This document shows positions 45,544-55,001 of a stretch of 64,000 nucleotides of DNA, piece after piece. The stretch spans positions 4,882 through 68,881 of the forward strand of contig SVSW01000003.1 of the NCBI GenBank assembly GCA_015064095.1, in the 5' to 3' direction. Below the pieces are notes generated by a model. The model did no database searches. It saw only the letters and a program-made list of their open reading frames with translations, and was not told the DNA's origin. Position 1 is the stretch's first letter. Every line of letters starts with the position of its first letter. This stretch comes from Oscillospiraceae bacterium. GTDB lineage: Bacteria; Bacillota; Clostridia; Oscillospirales; CAG-272. The position numbers and the translations under genes were made by a program.

Positions 45544-46638
45544 ATGAAACTTGGTATTGTAGGACTTCCGAATGTAGGTAAATCAACGCTTTTTAATGCT
45601 CTGACCAATGCGGGGGCAGAATCCGCCAACTACCCTTTTTGCACAATTGAGCCGAATGTCGGCGTTGTGACCGTTCCCGACAGCCGTCTTGATGTGCTTG
45701 CAAAGATGTACGATCCAAAAAAGTACACGCCCGCGATCATTCAGTTCGTTGATATTGCGGGGCTTGTCAAGGGTGCATCTCAGGGTGAGGGGCTCGGAAA
45801 TAAATTTCTCTCCAACATTCGTGAATGTGACGCGATCGTTCACGTCGTTCGTTGCTTTGAGGACGACAACATAATTCACGTCGACGGTTCGGTCGACCCT
45901 ATGCGAGATCTTGAAACCATCAATATGGAGCTTATTTTCTCCGACATGGAGATGGTTGAGCGACGTATCGACAGAACAAAAAAGGCAATGAAGGGCGATA
46001 AGACCCTTGCCTCCGAGCTTGCGCTTTTTGAGCGCATATACAAAACTCTTGAGGACGGCAAATGCGTTCGCACGATGGACTTTACCGAGGACGAGCTTGC
46101 AGCGCTTTTCGATACTCCTCTGCTCACGATGAAGCCCGTTATTTATGTTGCAAATGTCAGCGAGGACGATGCCTCGGGCGAGCCGACGGGCAATCCCGCT
46201 TATATGGCACTCAAGGCTTTCGCCGAAACTGAAAAGAGCGGCGTTATCGCCGTTTGTGCAGGCATTGAGGCAGAGATCGCCGAACTTGAGGGTGAGGAAA
46301 AGCAGATGTTCCTTGAGGATATGGGCATTGAGGAAAGCGGCCTTGACAAGCTGATAAAGGCAAGCTATTCTCTGCTCGGTCTTATAAGCTATCTCACAGC
46401 AGGCCCCGAGGAGGTCCGCGCTTGGACCATAACCAAGGGCACAAAAGCACCGCAAGCGGCAGGAAAGATACACTCAGACTTTGAGCGCGGATTTATCCGT
46501 GCCGAGATCGTTGCTTTTGACGATCTGGTTGCCTGCGGCTCTATGACCGCGGCAAAGGAAAAGGGTCTTGTTCGCAGCGAAGGCAAGGAATATGTTATGA
46601 AGGACGGAGATATCACTCTGTTTAGGTTCAACGTATGA
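45544..46638 (+). CDS. ychF: Redox-regulated ribosome-binding ATPase YchF
   Basis: MKLGIVGLPNVGKSTLFNALT G1 motif; 364 aa with a TGS-like C-terminus. Confidence 0.9.
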   Translation: MKLGIVGLPNVGKSTLFNALTNAGAESANYPFCTIEPNVGVVTVPDSRLDVLAKMYDPKKYTPAIIQFVDIAGLVKGASQGEGLGNKFLSNIRECDAIVHVVRCFEDDNIIHVDGSVDPMRDLETINMELIFSDMEMVERRIDRTKKAMKGDKTLASELALFERIYKTLEDGKCVRTMDFTEDELAALFDTPLLTMKPVIYVANVSEDDASGEPTGNPAYMALKAFAETEKSGVIAVCAGIEAEIAELEGEEKQMFLEDMGIEESGLDKLIKASYSLLGLISYLTAGPEEVRAWTITKGTKAPQAAGKIHSDFERGFIRAEIVAFDDLVACGSMTAAKEKGLVRSEGKEYVMKDGDITLFRFNV

Positions 46639-47276
46639 GAATGAGAAGAAAGAAGCACGGTGCTGAGCGCATTGCCGCTTGCTCCGAGCTGCTTATAGAA
46701 AAGGGTGAGCGCGTTATTGATGCGTTCCCCGACAAAGATAAGCCGCTTTGCCTTGAGATCGGCTGCGGCAAGGGGGGATTTGCATGCGGTGTTGCCGCGG
46801 CGCACCCCGAGATCAATCTTGTTGCGCTTGAGCGCGTTGCCGATGTTGCGTGTCTCGCGCTTGAAAAGGCAAAGTCCCGCGCCGATGAACGCCCCGACAA
46901 TCTGCGCTTTATGATCGCAGATGCGCGTGAGCTTACAGAGCTTTTTGAGGAGCACACGATCGACCGCATTTATCTTAATTTCAGCGATCCGTGGCCAAAA
47001 AAAGGCTATGCGAAGCGCCGTCTTACACATGCGGATTTCCTTAAAGCATACAGAAAAATACTCGTTCCCGGCGGTGCGCTCATACAAAAGACGGACAACG
47101 AAAATCTTTTCGATTTCTCGCTTGAACAGTTCGAGGCGGAAGGACTGCGCGTTGAATATCTCACGCGCGATCTGCATCATTCCGAGTTCGCCGACGGAAA
47201 TGTTATGACCGAATACGAAAAGAATTTTTCGTCGCAGGGCATGCCGATATATTCGGCGAAGGTGATCTTCGAATGA
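46635..47276 (+). CDS. trmB: tRNA (guanine-N7)-methyltransferase
   Basis: LEIGCGKGGF SAM motif and FSDPWPKK motif; 213 aa. Confidence 0.85.
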   Translation: MRMRRKKHGAERIAACSELLIEKGERVIDAFPDKDKPLCLEIGCGKGGFACGVAAAHPEINLVALERVADVACLALEKAKSRADERPDNLRFMIADARELTELFEEHTIDRIYLNFSDPWPKKGYAKRRLTHADFLKAYRKILVPGGALIQKTDNENLFDFSLEQFEAEGLRVEYLTRDLHHSEFADGNVMTEYEKNFSSQGMPIYSAKVIFE

Positions 47277-48184
47277 TTGAAAAAAACGAGATCGGCGGCG
47301 TGCTTATCGTCAACAAGCACGCAGGCTGCACATCACACGACATAGTTAACCGAGTGCGCCGTCTTTACGGTACAAAGCGCGTCGGACACACGGGCACGCT
47401 CGACCCGATGGCAACGGGGGTTCTCGTTGTGCTTGTAGGCCGTGCGGCAAAGGCTGAAGAATATCTGCAAGCGGGGAAAAAGAGATATCGCGCGACGCTC
47501 CGCCTCGGCATTACGACCGACACCGAGGACACAACTGGAAACGTGCTGACGAAAACGGACAGCTTGCCCTCTTGCGATCGAGTTTTTGAGGTCTGCCGCG
47601 AATTTGTCGGTAAGATCGAGCAGATACCGCCCATGTACAGCGCTCTAAAGGTCGGCGGCAAAAAGCTCGTCGATATCGCTCGCTCCGGCGGCGAGATTGA
47701 AAGAAAACCGCGCCCAATAGAGATATATTCTCTGACTTGCACACCGACTGACAACAACTCCGAATATATACTCGATGTTTCATGCTCCGGCGGAACATAT
47801 ATTCGCACGCTTTGCGCCGATATCGGTGCACGTCTCGGCTGTGGGGGTGCTATGGCTTCCCTGCTCAGAACCGAGACCTGCGGATTTTCGATCGAGCAAA
47901 GCCATACGGTCGAGGAACTGACAGAAATGAGCGAAGAAGATCGCGCAGCACTGCTGATACCGACGGAATCGCTGTTCGCGGAGACTGCGGTCGTTGATCT
48001 TCCCGAATTTTTTGAAAAGCTCTGCCGCAGCGGTTGCGAGATCTATCAAAAAAAGATAGGCACGCGCTACGATATCGGCACGCGCGTACGGCTTTACGGC
48101 AAGGACGGATTTTTTGCCCTCGGCGAGGTCTTTGAGTACGAAAACGGTACGGCGATAAAAGCCATTAAAACTTTCATAATATAA
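47273..48184 (+). CDS. truB: tRNA pseudouridine(55) synthase
   Basis: GHTGTLDPMATGVL catalytic Asp motif; 303 aa. Confidence 0.9.
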   Translation: MIEKNEIGGVLIVNKHAGCTSHDIVNRVRRLYGTKRVGHTGTLDPMATGVLVVLVGRAAKAEEYLQAGKKRYRATLRLGITTDTEDTTGNVLTKTDSLPSCDRVFEVCREFVGKIEQIPPMYSALKVGGKKLVDIARSGGEIERKPRPIEIYSLTCTPTDNNSEYILDVSCSGGTYIRTLCADIGARLGCGGAMASLLRTETCGFSIEQSHTVEELTEMSEEDRAALLIPTESLFAETAVVDLPEFFEKLCRSGCEIYQKKIGTRYDIGTRVRLYGKDGFFALGEVFEYENGTAIKAIKTFII

Positions 48185-48188
48185 AAAA

Positions 48189-48212
48189 GGACGGCGGCGC
48201 CGTCCTTTTTTT
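48189..48212. terminator. Bidirectional terminator
   Basis: GGACGGC / GCCGTCC stem followed by a T-run, between truB and sigF. Confidence 0.6.
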
Positions 48213-48939
48213 ATATCAATTCGCTCCGTAAAAATTCCACAATCTTCTTTTCCTCACGGGAGATCTTTACTTGTGAGAGGCCAAGCTCTCGCGCGGTCTC
48301 GGCTTGCGTGAGTTCGCGGAAATATCGCAAAAGAACTATCTTTTTGCGCATCTGCGGCAGCTTGCCGATCGCCTGCGCCAGTGCAACGCGGTCACGAACG
48401 CGCTCGATCTCGTTATCCGGATCGGCGATTCTGCTTTCAAGGCTCATGCCCTCCCCCTCTCCGACAGTCTCCGATAGAGAGGACACGGGTGTTACTGCGT
48501 CTATCGCCATCGCCGCTTCCTCGGAGGTGATGCCGCAAATTTTGGAGAGCTCTATGATGCCGGGCTCGCGCCCCTCCTCATTCATAATGCGAGTTCTTGC
48601 GGCGAGCAGCTCAGCCCCCAGCTTTTTTTGCGCTCGCCCAACTTTTATAAGTCCGTCATCACGCAATGTTCTGCGTATTTCTCCCATTATCATGGGAACG
48701 GCGTAGGTTGAAAAAGCGAAGCCCCGTTCTGCATCAAAGCTCCTCACCGCCTTGACAAGACCGATAGTGCCTATCTGTATCAGATCCTCAAGCTCTGTGC
48801 CACGTCCGCAAAAACGCTGTGCGATCGATCTGACAAGCCCTATATTGAGCTCAACGAGCTCTTCCTCGGCTTCCGTATCTCCTTCTTGCGCGCGCAGCAC
48901 AAGCTCTGCGTTTTGACTGTATTTGTCCGTTTCGGTCAT
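48211..48939 (-). CDS. sigF: Sporulation sigma factor SigF
   Basis: Sigma-70 regions 2-4 (DLIQIGTIGLVKAVRSFD..., TQAETARELGLSQVKISR). Third gene after spoIIAA-spoIIAB. Start at the ATG giving an ATGA overlap; the longer tracked ORF is an Arg-rich artefact. Confidence 0.85.
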   Translation of the reverse strand: MTETDKYSQNAELVLRAQEGDTEAEEELVELNIGLVRSIAQRFCGRGTELEDLIQIGTIGLVKAVRSFDAERGFAFSTYAVPMIMGEIRRTLRDDGLIKVGRAQKKLGAELLAARTRIMNEEGREPGIIELSKICGITSEEAAMAIDAVTPVSSLSETVGEGEGMSLESRIADPDNEIERVRDRVALAQAIGKLPQMRKKIVLLRYFRELTQAETARELGLSQVKISREEKKIVEFLRSELI

Positions 48940-49391
48940 TCTTTTCTCCCGAGCTTTTTTATAAGCGTGACCGTTGTGCCCACGCCCGTCTTCGAGCGCA
49001 CGCGCACCCCGTCCGTAAAGCTTTCCATGACGGTAAAGCCCATTCCGGAGCGTTCGCCTGCCGCGTCCGTTGTGAAAAGAGGCTCTCGAGCCGCCTTTAC
49101 GTCGGGTATACCGCAGCCGCGGTCGCGTATCTCTATTTTGACGGTGTCGTCGCGGTAAAGGGTCACGGTTATGTAGATAAGCCCCGAGGTTTCGCGGTAC
49201 GCGTGGACTATGCAATTGGTTACTGCTTCCGAGACCGCGCATTTTATATCGGCGATATCAACGGCATCGGGGTCAAGCTGTGAGCAAAACGCCGCGACCG
49301 CCGCGCGCGCCATGCCCTCATTTGCCGAAAACGACGGCAAGCACAGCTTCATCTTGTTCTTTATTTTTTCATCGGTAAATACGTTTCTCAT
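48936..49391 (-). CDS. spoIIAB: Anti-sigma F factor (serine kinase) SpoIIAB
   Basis: HATPase_c motifs (EAVTNCIVHAY, DRGCGI, GMGFTVM); 151 aa. Confidence 0.85.
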   Translation of the reverse strand: MRNVFTDEKIKNKMKLCLPSFSANEGMARAAVAAFCSQLDPDAVDIADIKCAVSEAVTNCIVHAYRETSGLIYITVTLYRDDTVKIEIRDRGCGIPDVKAAREPLFTTDAAGERSGMGFTVMESFTDGVRVRSKTGVGTTVTLIKKLGRKE

Positions 49392-49720
49392 TTCTTTTTC
49401 CTTTCGGTTTTAATTATTCTTTCCATGCCTGCAAGTGAGAGTATTTTTGACACGCGAGGGCTTGGGTCGACCATAACGAGCTCGCCGCCGAGCTTTTTGG
49501 CGAGCGAAAAGCGCCCCATTATAAATCCTATCCCCGAGCTGTCCATAAATTCGATCGAAGAAAGCTCGATCGCCACTATCTTGGGGCGCAGACGGTATAT
49601 AAGCGCGTCCGCTTCCTCTCGAAGCGAAAGCGCGCTGTGGTGGTCGATCTCTCCCGAAAGACTTAAATTCAATCTTTCGCCGTCCACAGTATAATTCAGC
49701 TTTGCCGTGGTTTTTATCAT
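49388..49720 (-). CDS. spoIIAA: Anti-sigma F factor antagonist SpoIIAA (STAS domain)
   Basis: STAS motif FMDSSGIGFIMGR. Start at the internal ATG 49720. Confidence 0.8.
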   Translation of the reverse strand: MIKTTAKLNYTVDGERLNLSLSGEIDHHSALSLREEADALIYRLRPKIVAIELSSIEFMDSSGIGFIMGRFSLAKKLGGELVMVDPSPRVSKILSLAGMERIIKTERKKK

Positions 49721-49808
49721 TTTTTTCGTCCTTCCTTTTTGTTTTATTTGATTATATAACATTGCCTTTGCAAAATCCGTCGCAATATGGGGGCAAAAAA
49801 TAAAAGAA

Positions 49809-49857
49809 TAAAAAAACAAGCAATTCAAAAGACGAAAAGTCTTAAAAATTGCTTGTT
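49809..49857 (-). terminator. Terminator after murE
   Basis: ACAAGCAATT / AATTGCTTGT outer stem with an inner AAGAC/GTCTT stem, followed by a T-run on the minus strand. Confidence 0.55.
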
Positions 49858-49892
49858 TTTCTTTAAAGAGGTGCAAAAAAGCACAAATTTAT

Positions 49893-51362
49893 TTATCTTT
49901 TATTTTCGGAAAGCAGTATATCCCGTTCGCAAAACGGCTCGTGCCGACCTGCTATCAGTTGATAATTTTCATGCCCCTTGCCGGCGAGAAGAACTATATC
50001 TCCGGGCTCGGTGACCGACATTGCATATTCGATCGCTTTTTTGCGATCGGTGATCGCCACGTATTTTTCCTTGTCCTTATACTGTTCCGCGATCTCGGCT
50101 ATTATATTTTCCGGCGGTTCGTTATCGGGATTGTCCGATGTCAAAATTGAGAGGTCGGCAAGCTCTGCGGCGACCGAGCCAAGCTCCGCGCGGCGGCCGA
50201 ACGTGCGTCCTCCTACTGAGCCGAAAAGGCAAACAAGTCGGCGCGGCCGATATTTGCGCAGAACCGTGAGTGCGGAGCGCAAGCTGTTACCGTTATGGGC
50301 ATAATCTATTATGTAATCAACGCCGTCGATCGAAACAGTCTCAAATCGACCCTTGATCGAGATTTTCGGCAGCTCGCGCGCAAGACTGTCTTGCGGAACC
50401 GAAAGCAGCTCACAGACGGCGGCTGCCGCCGTGGCGTTTGACACGCTGAAATCTCCCGGAAAATGTATCAGTGCCTTGATCTTACCCGTCGGGGTTTTCA
50501 GATCAAAGGTTGATCCGAGTCCTGATCCATCTCGTATCAAAGCTATATTTTCCGCGCAAAAATCTGCATTTTTTGCGCATGAGAAATACTTTACCGCAGC
50601 TCCTGCGTGCCGTGCCGTTTGCGCAAATTCCTCACCTGTCGGGTCGTCCGCGTTTATGAGTGCCGTGCCGTCAAGATGCTCCGAAAACAGCTTCTTTTTG
50701 CACATTTTATAGTGCTCCATATCGGGGTGCTCCGCACCGCCTATATGGTCGCGTGAAAAGTTTGTGAATACGCAAACGTCAAATACGAGTCCGCGAATAC
50801 GCTCCATATAAAGCGCTTGAGAGGACACCTCAAGCACGGCGGCACTGACGCCGCACTTGACCATTCTTGCAAGATAATCGTATATATCGCAGCCCTCAGG
50901 CGTTGTGTTGACCGTATCAAAATGAAAGCCCGCAAAATCCACTCCGTTTGAGCCGATATATCCCGTTTTGATACCGCCGGCATCGAGCATCGCTTTGATC
51001 ATCAATGCAGTGGTCGTCTTCCCTTTTGTACCCGTTATTCCGATCAGCCTCAATTTTCTCTCCGGGTGACCGAAAAATTCTGCCGCAAGCAGACCGAGTG
51101 ACGATCGGGTATCCTCGGAATACAGTATTTGCACGTCCTTCGGTAAATTTTCAGGCTCCCGTTCGCAAACGAACGCGCGGCAGCCTCGGTCATATGCCGA
51201 GCGTGCGTATCTATGCCCGTCCGACAGCGTGCCGCACACGCACACGAAAAGATCGCCGGGCTTTGCGCGGCGAGAATCGTAGCATATGCCTGTAATCTCG
51301 GCATCAAGCAGCGGAACGGCAATATCCGTTTCTGAATTTCTTATAAGATCTGTCAGTTTCAT
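49893..51362 (-). CDS. murE: UDP-N-acetylmuramoyl-L-alanyl-D-glutamate--diamino-acid ligase MurE
   Basis: GITGTKGKTT P-loop and Mur ligase middle and C-terminal domains; 489 aa. Has DNPD where DAP-type enzymes have DNPR. Confidence 0.85.
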   Translation of the reverse strand: MKLTDLIRNSETDIAVPLLDAEITGICYDSRRAKPGDLFVCVCGTLSDGHRYARSAYDRGCRAFVCEREPENLPKDVQILYSEDTRSSLGLLAAEFFGHPERKLRLIGITGTKGKTTTALMIKAMLDAGGIKTGYIGSNGVDFAGFHFDTVNTTPEGCDIYDYLARMVKCGVSAAVLEVSSQALYMERIRGLVFDVCVFTNFSRDHIGGAEHPDMEHYKMCKKKLFSEHLDGTALINADDPTGEEFAQTARHAGAAVKYFSCAKNADFCAENIALIRDGSGLGSTFDLKTPTGKIKALIHFPGDFSVSNATAAAAVCELLSVPQDSLARELPKISIKGRFETVSIDGVDYIIDYAHNGNSLRSALTVLRKYRPRRLVCLFGSVGGRTFGRRAELGSVAAELADLSILTSDNPDNEPPENIIAEIAEQYKDKEKYVAITDRKKAIEYAMSVTEPGDIVLLAGKGHENYQLIAGRHEPFCERDILLSENKR

Positions 51363-51364
51363 CG

Positions 51365-51679
51365 TTAAAATTTAAAATCCTCGTGCCACAAAATGCAGCG
51401 TTCTGCGAGTGCCTCTCGGTTTTCATCAATAAATATGCGATACTCGGCACTTGCCGCCAAAAGCGGCATTTTATCGGTATTTTTTATTATATCCTCAATG
51501 TAAAGCATGAAAAGCTCGGGTGAGTTGATTTTTATACATTTTCTAAACGGTGTCAGCATATCAAAAAATGAAAATCCGGTGTCAAACACGAAAACAGGCA
51601 CGGAGCAAAGTGAATAAAGCTTTTTTGACAGCCCTCGGTCCGCCCCGAGCAAGATCGGTATCATTCCTTCTCTTTCCAT
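51365..51679 (-). CDS. Hypothetical 104-aa protein coupled to murE
   Basis: ORF ends 2 nt before the murE start. No motif recognised. Confidence 0.4.
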   Translation of the reverse strand: MEREGMIPILLGADRGLSKKLYSLCSVPVFVFDTGFSFFDMLTPFRKCIKINSPELFMLYIEDIIKNTDKMPLLAASAEYRIFIDENREALAERCILWHEDFKF

Positions 51680-51739
51680 GCGATCACCGCCTTTCCAAGA
51701 TCAATTATATCATATATTCAAAAAAAAATAAACAGAATA

Positions 51740-51768
51740 TTGAAATATCTGTTAAAATATATTATAAT
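51740..51768 (+). promoter_or_regulatory. Sigma-A-type promoter upstream of the GNAT gene
   Basis: TTGAAA (51740-51745), 17 nt, TATAAT (51763-51768). Confidence 0.55.
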
Positions 51769-51797
51769 AAAAACACAAATAGACTACCGAGGGCAAA

Positions 51798-52367
51798 ATG
51801 AAACGCGAGCTTATATACAGAACTTTTTCAAATATACCTACACTGAAAACAGACCGTCTTGTGCTTCGTAAAATGAAGGTGACCGACACCGACGATATGT
51901 TTCAATATGCAAAGCTTCAAAAGACCACGAAATATCTTACATGGCGTCCGCACAAGAATCGCGAATATACCAAAGAATATCTTGAATACCTCACAGGACG
52001 TTATAAAACGGGGGACTTTTACGATTGGGCTATCACGCTTGACGGCAAGATGATCGGCACTTGCGGATTTACCCGATTTGAGCCGCAAAACGATCTCGCC
52101 GAGATCGGATACGTAGTCAATCCCGAATACTGGGGGCAAGGTGTCGCCACGGAGGCCGCAAAAAAGGTCATTGAGTTTGGATTTCGGGTGCTCGGCGTGC
52201 ACCGCATCGAGGCAAAATACATGGCGGGCAACACTGCCTCTCGCCGCGTGATGGAAAAGCTCGGAATGAGATATGAGGGCGAATTCACCGACGCTATCAA
52301 GGTCTACGGAGAATATAAAACAGTCGGCGTTTACTCGATCATATCAAATATTTTTTGCGGTGAATAA
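51798..52367 (+). CDS. GNAT-family N-acetyltransferase (RimJ/RimL-like)
   Basis: 189 aa. Acetyl-CoA loop WGQGVATEAAK and a RimJ-like N-terminus (LKTDRLVLRKM). Confidence 0.8.
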   Translation: MKRELIYRTFSNIPTLKTDRLVLRKMKVTDTDDMFQYAKLQKTTKYLTWRPHKNREYTKEYLEYLTGRYKTGDFYDWAITLDGKMIGTCGFTRFEPQNDLAEIGYVVNPEYWGQGVATEAAKKVIEFGFRVLGVHRIEAKYMAGNTASRRVMEKLGMRYEGEFTDAIKVYGEYKTVGVYSIISNIFCGE

Positions 52368-52386
52368 TAAAAAATATAAAATCCTC

Positions 52387-52415
52387 TTGAAATTGAATAA
52401 AATATAAGTTATAAT
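52387..52415 (+). promoter_or_regulatory. Sigma-A-type promoter upstream of ireB
   Basis: TTGAAA (52387-52392), 17 nt, TATAAT (52410-52415). Confidence 0.55.
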
Positions 52416-52460
52416 ATTATTAAAGATATTATCGCGCATTGCGCGGTATGGAGGTTTATT

Positions 52461-52721
52461 ATGCCGGCTATTAACAAAAACGGAAAAACACAGACCTTTG
52501 CCGCCTATCACGACGGAAACGACGAAATGAAGGAGATACTCGGAACTGTTTATGCGGCTCTGAGTGAAAAGGGTTATAATCCCGTTAACCAGATCGTCGG
52601 TTATCTTCTTTCCGAGGACCCCACCTACATCACAAATCACAAAAATGCGCGCGCGCTGATACGTCACATTGACCGTGACGAGCTTTTGAACGCGCTCGTT
52701 CGCAATTACCTCGGAGTTTAA
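52461..52721 (+). CDS. ireB: IreB-family regulatory phosphoprotein (UPF0297)
   Basis: 86 aa. [27 protein letters not shown] is the conserved core of the family. Confidence 0.8.
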   Translation: MPAINKNGKTQTFAAYHDGNDEMKEILGTVYAALSEKGYNPVNQIVGYLLSEDPTYITNHKNARALIRHIDRDELLNALVRNYLGV

Positions 52722-53645
52722 ATGCAAAAATTCATAGATCTTCGTTCGGGGCGTGAATTCTCTCCCCGTTCCCCTTCTGTGCTCTGTCTTGGAACGTTTG
52801 ACGGCGTTCACCTCGGGCACGCGGCGCTTCTCGCCGAAACCGTGCGCCAAAAAGACGCGCTCTCAAAGCTTTACCCCGACATTGTCGGCGGTGCGTGGTG
52901 CTTTTCGCAACCGCCCGCCGATTTTCTCTTGCAGGGACACGCCGAGCACATTTTAACGCTTGAAGATAAGCTGCAGCTTTTTTATGAGGCTGGGCTTGAT
53001 ATCGCCGTTGTCGGTGATTTCCCTTCAATGAAGAATATAAAAAAAGACGATTTCGTTAATGATATATTGATCCGCGATTGCCGCTGTGTCAAAAGCATTT
53101 GCGGACCCGATTTCCGTTTCGGTCACCGCGCCGAGGGCACGCCCCGCGATCTTTCCCTTCTGGGAAATATCACGGTCGATGCCGTTCTTTATGAAGGTGA
53201 GGCCGTTAGCTCAAGCCGCATACGCAGGCTTATTCGAAGCGGAGAGATTGAAAAAGCCAATGCTTTGCTGGGTCGCCCTTATTTTATAACATTACCGATA
53301 GAGCACGGAAAGGCTCTTGGAAGAAAGCTCGGCGCACCGACTGCCAATCAGCTGATACCCGAGCACCTTGCCGTTCCGAAGCACGGGGTGTATGTAACCC
53401 TTGCAACTGTCGGCGGTACGGCGTATACTGCGGTGACAAATGTCGGAACCAACCCGACGGTCGGCGGCGGTGCCGTAAAAGCGGAGACCCATATAATCGG
53501 ATTTGACGGCGACATCTACGGCGAAGCCGTGAAGATAGAATTCTTGTCGTTTATAAGACCCGAAAAAAAGTTTTCGGACAAGTCTGATCTTTCAAAAGCT
53601 ATAAGATCGGATATTGAAGCTGCTCAAAAATATTTTGATATTTAA
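52722..53645 (+). CDS. ribF: Bifunctional riboflavin kinase / FMN adenylyltransferase
   Basis: LGTFDGVHLGH nucleotidyltransferase motif and a C-terminal riboflavin kinase domain (PTANQ..., GVY). Confidence 0.9.
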   Translation: MQKFIDLRSGREFSPRSPSVLCLGTFDGVHLGHAALLAETVRQKDALSKLYPDIVGGAWCFSQPPADFLLQGHAEHILTLEDKLQLFYEAGLDIAVVGDFPSMKNIKKDDFVNDILIRDCRCVKSICGPDFRFGHRAEGTPRDLSLLGNITVDAVLYEGEAVSSSRIRRLIRSGEIEKANALLGRPYFITLPIEHGKALGRKLGAPTANQLIPEHLAVPKHGVYVTLATVGGTAYTAVTNVGTNPTVGGGAVKAETHIIGFDGDIYGEAVKIEFLSFIRPEKKFSDKSDLSKAIRSDIEAAQKYFDI

Positions 53646-53660
53646 TTCGGAGGACGGAAA

Positions 53661-54953
53661 ATGAGGGCGTTTAAAAAATTTTTAATACGCTTTTTGTCCG
53701 TCCTTTTTATTCTTACCGCCATTCCGTTTTTTGCCGGTGCAAATGAGTTGCCGCCGCCGAATGGCGCTGAAACCGTCCTGCTTTACAGTATTGACGGGCA
53801 AAAAACGGTATTTTCTAAAAACTCAAAAGCAAACATATCCCCTTCTGCCTTGACGAAGATCGTTTCGGGGCTTATACTTTGCGAGGAGCTTGACGGTCGG
53901 CTTGACGAGGAGATAAGGATAAGCTCCGAAATGCTGAAAAATTCCGAGGGGCGCTCCTTCGGACTGAATATCGGCGATGCTCTGACTGTTCGCGATCTTC
54001 TCAGGATCGCCGTTTGCGGCTCGTATAACGATGCTTTTTGCGCACTTGCGGTATACTCTGCCGGCAGCTATGATGCTTTCATTTCAAAAATGAACGAAAA
54101 GGCGAGGTCTTTGGGCGCAAGTGACAGCTTTTTTGAAAGCCCCACGGGAATCGGCGACGAAAAAATGAACACGACCGCCGAGGATATGCTTATATTCTGT
54201 CTTGCCGCTGCCGAAAACAAGCTGTTTATGGACATATCGTCTGCTTACAGCTGCACCGTTACGGTAAACAGATCGGTAAAAAACATCGTAAACCGAAATG
54301 CGCTGCACGACATTTACGGAGAATATCGCAACGACCATGCTCTGGGCTTTGCATCGGGCATGACGGATCTTGGCGGCTACTGCCTTGCAACGCTGGGCAG
54401 CTACGGCGGTGCTCGATATATCTGCATCATCATGGGCGCTGAGGAAAACCGCGAATATGAGCTTGCTTTATCACTTCTCTTATATGCTTCGGAAAACTAT
54501 TCGGTTTCAACGCTGAAAAAAGCCGGTGAGGGCGTCGGATCAATACCCGTCACTCTTACAGATCTGCCAACGGAGCTCCCGCTTGTGCTCGGCAAGGACA
54601 TAAACATACTGCTCGAAGCCAACAGCGAGGACAGCGTTGAAAAAACATATCGGCTCGTGCTTATGCGCGACACTCTCGAAGCCCCCGTTGATAAGGGCGA
54701 GGTCGTCGGTTACATGATAGTGCACAGCGGAGGAGAGATCCTTGCGTGCGTACCCGTTATCACGGCAAAAGGGGGCGAAAGAAGCGGTTTTCTCGGTCTT
54801 ATTGAGGGAATGAAGGCTTTTATCGGCGGTCGGATAGCCATTTCTGCACTCGTTTTCGCCGTAATATTTACGGTCATAGCGATAATCGCTTATTATTCGC
54901 ACATAAAGAAAAAGCGCCGCACCCCCGTTTATGCGCGCGGCAGATACCGTTAA
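53661..54953 (+). CDS. PBP5/DacF-like D,D-carboxypeptidase homolog with degenerate active-site motifs
   Basis: Signal peptide, S11-peptidase-like fold and C-terminal TM anchor. Has PSALTK where family members have xASxTK, SYN (SxN kept), and ASG where KTG is expected. Confidence 0.7.
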   Translation: MRAFKKFLIRFLSVLFILTAIPFFAGANELPPPNGAETVLLYSIDGQKTVFSKNSKANISPSALTKIVSGLILCEELDGRLDEEIRISSEMLKNSEGRSFGLNIGDALTVRDLLRIAVCGSYNDAFCALAVYSAGSYDAFISKMNEKARSLGASDSFFESPTGIGDEKMNTTAEDMLIFCLAAAENKLFMDISSAYSCTVTVNRSVKNIVNRNALHDIYGEYRNDHALGFASGMTDLGGYCLATLGSYGGARYICIIMGAEENREYELALSLLLYASENYSVSTLKKAGEGVGSIPVTLTDLPTELPLVLGKDINILLEANSEDSVEKTYRLVLMRDTLEAPVDKGEVVGYMIVHSGGEILACVPVITAKGGERSGFLGLIEGMKAFIGGRIAISALVFAVIFTVIAIIAYYSHIKKKRRTPVYARGRYR

Positions 54954-55001
54954 ATTAAATAAATTTTTTAAAATATACTTATAAAATGTGAGGAACAGAA
55001 A

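Noticed and set aside
48940-49242. N-terminal 101-codon extension of the sigF ORF (Arg/Gly-rich)
   Set aside because: It overlaps spoIIAB in another frame. The internal ATG at 48939 gives the canonical ATGA coupling and a normal-length sigma factor.
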